A stretch of DNA of 60,499 bases, filler included, from Basidiobolus ranarum (Eukaryota): assembly GCA_040143965.1 (NCBI GenBank). It is 13 parts of 13 records of this genome, joined end to end, with 100 filler letters (N's around TTAATTAATTAA, not from the genome) between each part and the next. Parts side by side here need not be neighbours in the genome. Positions count along the whole stretch, not along the records: positions 46,653 to 51,205 come from JASJQH010008794.1; positions 51,306 to 55,854 come from JASJQH010008795.1; positions 55,955 to 60,499 come from JASJQH010008796.1; 10 more parts are not named here. The stretch is one strand, 5' to 3'. Positions 51,001 to 60,499 of the stretch are shown here, in pieces. A program made the translations under genes and the position numbers. Each line of letters opens with the position of its first letter. Within the stretch, counting starts at the first letter, position 1. Below the pieces are notes generated by a model. That model made no database searches, had not been told where the DNA came from, and was given only the letters and a program-made list of their open reading frames with translations.

Positions 51001-53320
51001 GCAATCTTTAATTAAGGAGCCTGATTTCTTGCAATACTTGCAGATGATTAATTTCCTAATAGGGGCACCATTATTGAAGCCTGTTGGATGTTTAACAGCT
51101 CCAAAAAATGCCTGTTCTGCATTATTTTGCTGAGAATTAGATCTCCTTAATTCTTCATTCAAAAGCCTAGCACCAACATATTCCATTGTTAATGGCTCTG
51201 ATCTTNNNNNNNNNNNNNNNNNNNNNNNNNNNNNNNNNNNNNNNNNNNNTTAATTAATTAANNNNNNNNNNNNNNNNNNNNNNNNNNNNNNNNNNNNNNN
51301 NNNNNATCTACTACAGATGCAATTTCCCAAACCCCTAGGAAATCACAGTTAGATATTGGATTGTTCTCTTAATACGCTAACATAAATTAATAATCACCAC
51401 AACTGCTTATGGTATTTGTAATAAAATATCGACGTATATAGTCCCACATGGATGATCTCATAAGCGGGGGAAGATTATTGCCAGCAATGAATCATCGTTT
51501 GTGTCTCCATGCCTGCTAATATTTATGGCAATTGTAAGAGTGGGGTAAAGGATCCCTGTCGAATACACATGATTCCAGTAGCACTCCTATGCTGCTGTAT
51601 CTAGTTACCAAATTGTTCGTCTACGCTCAAACACCTTCCCTATATAGCTGGATCGATTCAAGCACCGCCGTACTTGACCATGCAACCGCGGCATATGCAA
51701 ACAGCCATTTACCCCACAAAAGTGCTTCAAGGAGAATTGTATAGATACGACCAAAAGAAGGAATATCCTTTAAGTGCTCACTTGAAGCATGTGATGGCTA
51801 GCCACTCCAAACAACTCGCTCTTTACTTCATAGGCGTTGGTGCTTCATGTGACCATCACTAAGATAACTCGGATCAAAACTTCTGGAAAATACCTACTGG
51901 CTCCAGCTACCAATTTGAATTACGATAAAGGTTGTTTGAAAATCGACGTTCTATGCGTGTACAAAGCTACCCTACACGACATATTCCGGGCGCAAATTAC
52001 TCTACATAGACACAACCTCCTTGAATTCTTGAGTCACCTTAGCGCTCATTCTATGAAATATGTGCAACGAATGAAACCCGACCAAGTCAGCCAAAACGAA
52101 AACTTGGGTTAATGGATTCAGTGGAATGTATAGGAAATCGAGTGATGATTCGGTACTAGTGAAAATTGAATCCCACTCCGTATTTGGAAATCGTAGAGAA
52201 AGCTATATACAGATAATATATATGGATTTAGATGCGTTCACTCGAGTCGCACATGAATTCATCAAGGACACCCATGGAATATGTCAGTTACTATTTTGTG
52301 TGCTCAATGACAACTATCCAAGCGTTTATTGGAGGGGCTGGCCTGGTTACCTGAGCTACAAAACCCTTGATGGAATGCAATATGCACGTATTTCCTAGGA
52401 ACAAATCATGATGATGAGATGACTTGATCTGAGCATTGCTCGCAACTACACCGGCCCCGAGGTCCCGATGACCGTTTCATATTAAAAAACTGAATAATGA
52501 ACAAACCGGATACAGCTTCGGAATAACCGTTGCAGTTCTTTATGGATGAACCATACGGAATACTAGAGATTAGCCACCTAACCTGTCAGTCCACAGAAAC
52601 ACATGTAGACTTATATGCGCAACACGCTCTTGAAATGGAAATATCTATTTAGCGCAATACAACAATATCGCGCCGGCATATTTGATGTACGGCATGATAC
52701 AATCATGAGCCTAGCATACTAATCTAAGTTGGTTTATATCCACGGACTTTAAAACTCCTCCTTCTATTACACGGCCTATCTCCCGTCAGAGGTGATCTTT
52801 TAGTGATGTTATACACCAGGCCATACACAGAAGATATTCAGAAACCCGGCACACATTTGAGATCTTTTCTGTTGTAGTGCTTCAGAAAACATCACCCCCT
52901 TTACCAAACCTTTTTCTTCGCATCAGTGTAAAACACTCGTATAGGCTTTGCAAAGTATCACTCGTATTTTCATATGAAATTTCTTTTTCGGGGGAAATCT
53001 GCTGTAAGTAATAATCGAAAATGATACGTGGGATTGAAAGTGACACCTTCCTTTTTGAACCATTTGGTAGTTGGCATAATTCAATCATTTAGTTCAGAGA
53101 TCAAAGAGGCGTACAGAAAGGATTAGTGGTGATGACTGTTGCACAGCAACGGATTCTCTAAGCTTTATTGGTCACCTGCTTGAGTTGTCAAAAAAACTAA
53201 GATGTAATAAATTGTAAATCTACAAAGTAACGGCGATCTTCTATAAAAGAGTTGTGCCCTCGGAGGGGTAAGCTTAATCACCTCAGTTCGCTGTTAGTAT
53301 ATCCTTTATATTTGCAAATC

Positions 53321-55179
53321 ATGCCTTCTTTCATTGGTGCAATCGACCAAGGAACTAGTTCTTCCCGCTTCATTATCTTCGATCATGAAGGCAAGGTTGT
53401 CACTTTCCATCAAGAAGAGTTTGAACAACATTATCCTCATGCTGGGTAGGTCACGTATTTTTTTTCGCTTATAGATTGCAGACTAACTCATGTCTTTACA
53501 GTTGGGTTGAGCATGATCCTATGGTTATTTTGGGCTCTGTTCTCACCTGCGTTGAAGAGACCGTGAAGAAAATGAAAGCCATGGGCTTGAATCCTGAGGA
53601 TATAAAAGGTGTTGGTATAACTAACCAAAGAGAGACCACCCTTGTTTGGGACAGCGAGACCGGAAAGCCACTTTACAATGCTATTGGTATCATAATATCC
53701 ATGATTACTTTTATTTGAGACCAATTACTAATTATCTTTTTGCATTAAAGTTTGGTCCGATACACGTACTAAAGAGACTGTCAAGAGAATTATCAACGCA
53801 CACCCCAGTAAATCTAGCGACTGTTTCAGAGTAAGTTCATCAGCATTCCGATGTCTTCATAGAATAAGTTACTGATCGTTGTACAGAGTATCACAGGACT
53901 TCCAGTCTCCACTTACTTTAGTGCTGTGAAAGTTAGATGGCTTTTGCACAAGGTTCCTGCCGTCAAAATGGCTAGAGAGGTATTTGACATTCTGGATATG
54001 TTTGGATATTTTCGGTGATATTTACTTGTTCTTCCTTTTCAAAGGCTGGTACTTTAAGAATCGGTACCGTTGACACATGGTTGATTTACGTAAGTTCGAC
54101 TACAGTATGTGAACCATTCCACCGCTTTCAACTAAATCTTACTTGAATTTTAGAATCTCACTGGTGGTGCTAATGGGGGTCTCTTCATTACTGATGTTAC
54201 AAACGCCAGTAGAACCATGTTCATGGATATTAATCAATTGGAATGGAGTGACGAACTCTGCCAAGCATTTGGTATTTCCAAGGGATTCCTCCCCAAGATT
54301 GTTTCCTCTTCCGAGATCTACGGAAACGTTGCTGAAGGTCCTCTTAAGGGCGTTCCAATTGCTGGCTGTCTCGGTGATCAGCAAGCTGCTCTTGTCGGCC
54401 AAAAATGCTTCAGCGTTGGTAATGTCAAGAATACCTATGGTACTGGTTGTTTCATGTTGATGAACACTGGTAATGAAGCAACTCAATCGACTACAGGTCT
54501 CCTTACTACTGTTGCCTATCAATTTGGTAAAGACTCTAAGCCATATTACGCTCTTGAGGGTTCCATCGCTGTTGCTGGCGCCGCTGTTCGCTGGCTCCGT
54601 GATAACCTTGGCTTGATTTCTGGAAGTCACGAGCTTGATGAGCTTGCAGCTCAAGTTGAGGATAACGGTGGCGTATACTTTGTTACTGCCTTCTCTGGAC
54701 TCTTCGCTCCTTATTGGAGATCTGATGCCCGTGGTTGTATTCTTGGTTTAACCCAATACGCCAACAAACATCATTTAGCTCGTGCCACATATGAATCTAC
54801 TTGTTTCCAAACCTACGCAATTTTGGAGGCTATGCGTAAGGATAGTGGACAAGATATTACCATTATCAAGGCTGATGGTGGTTTGAGTAAATCAGAGCTT
54901 TGCATGCAATTCCAAGCTGATATTGCTGGAGTTCGCGTTGAGCGCCCTGAGATGAAAGAAACTACTGCTTTGGGAGCTGCCTTTGCCGCTGGTTTGGCTG
55001 TTGGTTTCTGGAGTGATCAAAGTGAGTTAATGACTATTAACAACGATAATATTCATAGCTTTACTCCATCCATGGATACAGTCATCCGTGACAAACAAAT
55101 TAACGACTGGGAAAGAGCAGTTGAAAGAAGTTCCGGATGGCTCCCACGGGAGGATACTTCTTCAGAAGAATCTGATTAG
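53321..55179 (+). CDS. GUT1: Glycerol kinase, 6 exons
   Basis: Introns at 53446-53501, 53687-53750, 53831-53886, 53980-54044 and 54090-54153. Motifs [66 protein letters not shown] and ETTALGAA. Confidence 0.97.
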
Positions 55180-55954
55180 AAGTTCACTTTAAGATTGAAT
55201 GTTTCCTACTACAATTAACCCAATGATCATATTTCTTGGTTTCTCTCGATGAGCTGCATCTATTTTTTACAAGCTCAATATCACATGTTTATACTTCACA
55301 TTAGTACCCTGTTACATTTCATCCTCAAGTCTTGGTGTAATCTTTGGAGCTCTTGATCAAATTAATAAAGTCCACAATAATATTCTATTTTTGCGAATCT
55401 ATCTACTCGCGGCACTTATCGGAAACCAAGAATACCGAAGTGATCTCAGCGCAATGAGAATGTAGGTGAAGATTTGGATCTTGCTTAGTGGTTCTGTAGA
55501 AACGTAATACCACTAAGACAAGATGTGCTATATGATATGATTTGTCTAACGAACTAAAAGATCTGTTTACTGAGATGGGTAGTAAATTTCTACTGGTAGA
55601 GATGAGCAAACCATGTATTAAATGTGAATAAAAACAATAGAAATAGCAAGAAACCAACCATGTAATTGGTGAATATCAATTAGAATATATAATTCCGGGT
55701 AGGGCACTTCTATTCATATAAAGGCCCACGACTCTTTCGTGGAGGTTGTGGTCTAGGCCCATGTGGTCGATATTGTTGCTGTTGGAGATTGGGTGGGGTG
55801 GCCATTGAGATCTGGTGGTGTGGGTGTGGCTGCGGGGGTGGAGGGTGATGCTGANNNNNNNNNNNNNNNNNNNNNNNNNNNNNNNNNNNNNNNNNNNNTT
55901 AATTAATTAANNNNNNNNNNNNNNNNNNNNNNNNNNNNNNNNNNNNNNNNNNNN

Positions 55955-56131
55955 TTCCAATATGGAAATGCTAATTCTCACATTATTCACATATATATAC
56001 AATATATGTTCTGATTTGCAGCTAAGTGATATTGGACTAAGTAATGTTAACTAACTTATATGTGATATATGAAATAGTTAGGTGTATAAAGATAGAGATA
56101 ACAAATATGATAGAGACAATAAACTTCCACA
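55955..56131 (-). mobile_element. Copia family C LTR 5' part, cut by contig start
   Basis: Reverse complement of about 18016-18192. Starts TGTGGAAGTTTATTGTC and abuts family-A integrase sequence. Confidence 0.8.
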
Positions 56132-56745
56132 AAGCTCCTGTTCTTTAGATATATAGCTGCAGCAACCAATTCCACCCAAAAATTATGAGCCAAATTTTGT
56201 GCATTTATCACAGATTTAGCCATTTCTATCACAGGCCTGTTAGCTCTTTCAGAAATTCCATTTTGTTGAGATGAATTGAGGACAGTAGTGTGTTGCTTAA
56301 TTTTATAAACATGCAAAGGTAATTAAATAGTGTAGAGGAATATTCTCTACCATATCCATATCTATTTTCTTGATTATAGTTCTGGTTTCACTCTCTAAAA
56401 GTATTTAAAGTCTCCAAAGATATAGAGAACTTCTATTTGTTTTATAAGATAGACCCATGTGTATTGTGTTTAATCATCAATTAGTATAATTCAATATTTT
56501 TTCTGCCTGAAGACAAATTTTGCATAGGTCCACAAAAATCCAAATGAGTAAGATTGAATTTTTTGACATATTATATTAAGCCAGAGCCCTTGAATGATTT
56601 ACTGGCTTATTATCCATATATACACTCTTCACAAATTTCCATTTAGGTTGGAAGGTTAATTTCAAATCCAGAAATCAGGTAGATTTCAATCAGATAGCTG
56701 AAATAATCAAATCCAATATGGCCAAATTACTTTTGCCATGATCAA
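56132..56745 (-). mobile_element. Copia family A integrase relic
   Basis: SQQNGISERANR; collinear with about 28190-28810. Confidence 0.85.
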
Positions 56746-56749
56746 ATAT

Positions 56750-58559
56750 ATACAGGTACAAGGTTAGACTAGTAGCCAAAGGCTATTCCCAAACACCAAG
56801 AATAGATTTACTGAGACTTTTGCTCCTATAGCAAAGTTTAATTCAACCAATTGATTTACAGCAATTTCAGCTAAACACAAATTTATAATACATCAAATGC
56901 ATGTTAAAACTGCTTTTTCAGATATTGAGCTTGCTGAGCAGATCTATATAGACTAGCCAAATAGATATGTGGACCTCAAAAGCCCCAAAAGAGTTTGTAG
57001 AACCTGGAAAATACACTATGGTGTAAACAATCTGCAAGAGCTTGGAATAGCAAGATAGATGCATTTTTGGAAACACTCAAATTCCTAAAGGGTAATGATG
57101 ACAATAGTATCAGCTTCAGGCCAAATTAAACAAACCAATTCTTATTAGCCTCACATGTTGAGGACCCTGTTATAGCAGCCATTCACTGAAAGAACTTGGA
57201 GAGAACCAAATCCAGCTTATTGGTTAAATTTCAAATGATTCATCTTGGTGAACTGATGTAATACCTTAGAATCCAAATTAAGATAGGTAGAACTACCAAA
57301 ACCATAACTTTAAAGCAGTCCTAGATATACTTAAGAAGTTTAAAATGGAAGAATGTAATCTTGTATCTACCCCAATGGAGACATATCTTAACTTGACCAA
57401 CAATGGCTTAAATCAGAAATTCTTGGATTCAAATGAAAGCCAGATATTTCCCTATCAATCTATATCTGGTAGTTTGATGTGTATTATGGTGGGAACATAT
57501 TCAGATATTGCATATTCTGTGAGAGTTATCTGCAAATATCTTCAAAATTATGAATCTAACCAAGTCATAGTAGCTGAGTGAATTTTCAGATATTTGAGAG
57601 GTGCTGGGGATCTGTACTTAATATACTCATATACTGGATCAAACTTTGATCTGATGAGATATTCATATTCAAATTGAGGAAGAGATGTTGAAGACAGGAG
57701 ATCAACAACAAGATACTTATTTCTTTCCTGCAATGGAGCTATATCTTGGAATTCAAAAAAATAACCTACCATGGCACTTTCAACAGCAGAAGAAGCAAAT
57801 ATGGCTGCCTGTGAGCCAACAAAAGAAGTGATATGGTTATGAAAGCACTTAACAGATTTAAGCTATTTGCAAAATTCACTAATCACAATATTTCAAGACA
57901 ATCAAAGTGGTATCAAATTAGCTTGAAATATCACATTTCATAATGGAAACAAACATTTTGATATTAGAGTTCACTTCATTGAAGAGACTTTAGGAAATAA
58001 GTTTATCAACTTAAGTGTGTTGAAAGTCTGGTGACTTGTGGTACAAGCAGTAATTCCCAAAGAGGAAAATATGGAATATGGTGACTGCATCTGTATTGTT
58101 CTAAAGGACACATGATTGCTGATATATTAACCAAACCATTGGCTAGACAGAAATTTGAGAAATTAAGACCTTTTTAAGATTAGTTTATATGACTATTTAG
58201 TGCAGGAACAGCATCAAAGTTAGCATTGCCTAAGCACCTATAAAGTCACATATAGCTTAGTACTTAGTTATCTTATATTTAAATATGATATTACCCATTA
58301 CTCTCAATTGGAATTAACTTAGAATACTTTTGCCAACCTAGAAGTTCTCAGGTATACAGATTTTTCAAGCTTGTGCCTAAAGCCCCAAACTTTGCAGACA
58401 CAATGCTGGGACCTTCCTTAACACATTCTTCTTGTTAGTTTACTTACATCTTGACAAAGCCATAAATGTCAACTTTCTTCTCAATAAATCAAAAAGTGGA
58501 AACCATTAATTTTTCTAATTCTCCAAACTACTTCTAACAGCCTCCCAAATACTTCAACA
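56750..58559 (+). mobile_element. Copia family A RT-RNase H and 3' LTR (about 58212-58559)
   Basis: Collinear with 15457-17195. Interrupted at 58018-58093 by a fragment of the tRNA-bearing element. Confidence 0.9.
58018..58093 (+). mobile_element. 5' fragment of the tRNA-bearing LTR-like element
   Basis: TGTTGAAAGTCTGGTGACTTGTGGTACAAGCAG...GGTGACTGCATCTG is near-identical to the reverse complement of about 31850-31925. Confidence 0.88.
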
Positions 58560-60393
58560 GATTCCATCACTGATTTTGAGATATATTTTGTGTATTTATT
58601 ACAGATGTTGCCACTTTTGTTTTTGTCCTACTTGCTCTTTCAGTAACTCTATTTTGTACAGGTAAATAGGAGGCAGTGGTTTGTTTCTTAATTCCATGAA
58701 CTTTGCAAAAGTGATTAAGTAGTGGTGCAGTTTATTCACCACATTACCAGTATGTATTTTCTTGATTTTAGTTCCAGTTTCAGACTTCACATCTGTTTTA
58801 AACTCTCTAAAGATAGAGAGAGCTTCTTCTTTCCTTTTCATAAAGTAGTCCCAAGTGAATCTTGTAAAATCATCAATAAATGACATTAAATATCTTTTCT
58901 ATTTATAGATAAGTTTTTATACAGGTCCACACAAATCTGAATGAACTAGATTCAATTTTTAACAGATTTAATTAACCCAGAGCTCTTGAATGGTTGCCTG
59001 ACTTGCTTTCTGTATACACAACCCTCTCAAATTTCCATTTTAGTTGGGGGTTTTATTTGAATTTCAAAAATTTGGTGATTTTTGATCATTTTGCACAAAT
59101 ACTCAAATCTAATAGGGCCAAATATCTTATGCCATTATTGAATAGTTTGTTGATTAGAATAACTTATGTTTACACATAAACATTTTGGATTATATGTAAG
59201 TTTGTAAAAGTTCTGATCCATTTCTCCCAAAGCTACATAATTCCCATTTTGATCAGTGATGGCGCATCCTGACTTATTAAAATTGAATTTTAGCCATTCT
59301 GCAGTGGCCTTGCATACAGAAATTAAATTCTTGCAATATCTGGAGCTTATAGTATCCTTCATGCTATACACTTTATCTTCAGAAGCACCAGTTAAATTGA
59401 CATATGTTGCTCATATTTCAATGGCATCCAATGTATGGTCATCTCCTATCAAAACCTTTCTAATTGGGATTTTGTCATAATCCACAAACTGATGTCTTTG
59501 ATTTGTGAAATGTTGGGAGGCTTCAGAATCAGTATACTATGTCTGAAAATCCTTGTTGATACTCATGAGTAGAACAGATATGAACAAGTGATTCTCCGTT
59601 GTAACCACATTTCCTTATTCAACTTGTTTTTCTTCTTTTGCATTTCTTTTAAAGTAATATTTGGTTATATGGCCAGCTCTTTTCCAGTAGTCACAGAATG
59701 TGTAACTTGTCTTCTTAAAGTGCTTTTGACCTTTATAGGAAGGTTTCCCATAATCTATTAAAGCATTTTCTTCATTCTTTTTGTTGGATCCTAATTTGTA
59801 TAAATCTTCATCCAGAAGTCTACCAAATAAATAATTTAAGGTCAAATTTTCAGTTCTTGATTCTAGAGCCATTAATAGGCCCTGAAACTTATGTGGGAGG
59901 CTATTCATGACTGTAAATATGATGTCCTGATCTGTAGTAGGTACTCCAATGCATTCCATCTCATTCACTAGAATAGTGACTGTATTAATTAGCAATTTAA
60001 CATCTTCTCCTGGCTTCATCTTTAAGTTAAAGAGTTGTCTTCTTATAAGTACCTTGGTGGCAGAAGAACATGCTTGGTTGATATCTTCCAAGGCTTACCA
60101 TGCCTTCTTGGCAGTTTTGGCTCTTGAACATTGAATTGGCAATTTGTCTTCAACATGAAGACTAGTTGTCTTAAAGACTCTTTGGTTTTTTTAACCTGGA
60201 GGAAAGCTTTGGTCTTAGATAGTCTTGCATTGTTTTTTCTCCTACAGCAGTATCCCTAAGTTTTTTTCTTGCAGCCACATTTTCTTATTGATATTCCAAA
60301 CTTGATAATTGATTCCATCCAATTTTTCAGAAGAGGGGAAGTTCCAGAAATTTGAGAATTAGACATTACAGAGAGTGCAAGCTTGGGGCTCAT
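58560..60393 (-). mobile_element. Copia family A PBS remnant, gag, PR and integrase N-terminal part
   Basis: ATGAGCCCCAAGCTTGCACTCTCTGTA as at about 17335-17308. Gag KVLIRRQLFNLKM; integrase VHSDLCGP and FIDDFTR. Confidence 0.9.
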
Positions 60394-60499
60394 TATTGAA
60401 ATTATTTTGGGAGAAATATTGGTCTGGCCAGGATTTGAACCTGGGGCCTCCTTCACTCTAGCAAGGTGCTCTAACCACTGAGCTACCAGTCCTTGTATG
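60394..60499 (-). mobile_element. 3' part of the tRNA-bearing LTR-like element, cut by window end
   Basis: Collinear with 31645-31749. The terminus TTTCAATA abuts ATGAGCCCC of the family-A PBS. Confidence 0.88.
60420..60492 (-). pseudogene. tRNA-derived sequence within the LTR-like element (second copy)
   Basis: GGACTGG-TA-GCTC-AGTGGTTA-GAGC-A-CCTTG-CTAGAGT-GAAGG-AGGCC-CCAGG-TTCAAAT-CCTGG-CCAGACC-A. D and T stems are intact; A box TAGCTCAGTGG, B box GGTTCAAATCC. Confidence 0.85.

Larger units (their letters stand above)
46653..51205 (-). mobile_element. Two Copia family B internal regions in tandem sharing one LTR
   Basis: Gag-PR-IN-RT-RH runs 51205 to 48010, then PPT remnant, LTR 48000-47650, PBS, and a second gag-PR from 47645 to 46653. 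Confidence 0.92.

Noticed and set aside
51674-52600. Run of short plus-strand ORFs upstream of glycerol kinase
   Set aside because: No recognisable motif, the frames are broken, and no convincing splice model could be built. It could be a pseudogene but this cannot be supported by eye.

Overview
This is eukaryotic, almost certainly fungal, draft-genome DNA. GT-AG introns of about 55-75 bp and a trifunctional TrpG-TrpC-TrpF gene support this; an early-diverging lineage is plausible but is inference. The window is not one locus. It is 13 unrelated contigs of about 4.55-4.58 kb, in descending length order, joined by artificial 100-bp spacers (N44-TTAATTAATTAA-N44), so adjacency across spacers means nothing. 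Gene-bearing contigs encode a GNAT acetyltransferase, a secreted class-3 lipase, a Ser/Thr-rich repeat protein, a ZnT6/Zrg17-like CDF transporter, an M18 aspartyl aminopeptidase, TRP1, an SR splicing factor, an ALDH with an in-frame stop, a DH-PH-CNH RhoGEF and glycerol kinase. The other contigs are nests of decayed, CpG-depleted transposons: three Ty1/Copia families (called A, B and C here) with a half-tRNAiMet primer-binding site, CACTA/En-Spm relics and a possible pogo-like relic. The most striking object is a 281-bp TG...CA element with a perfect 5-bp target-site duplication and a tRNA-derived Pol III promoter inside it. It resembles Helenus/Cassandra-type TRIM LTRs and occurs three times, each time inside a family-A Copia. 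Also notable are a mitochondrial cox1 fragment joined to Copia gag and a long, structured intron at the SWQ|DLKD position of the SR gene.
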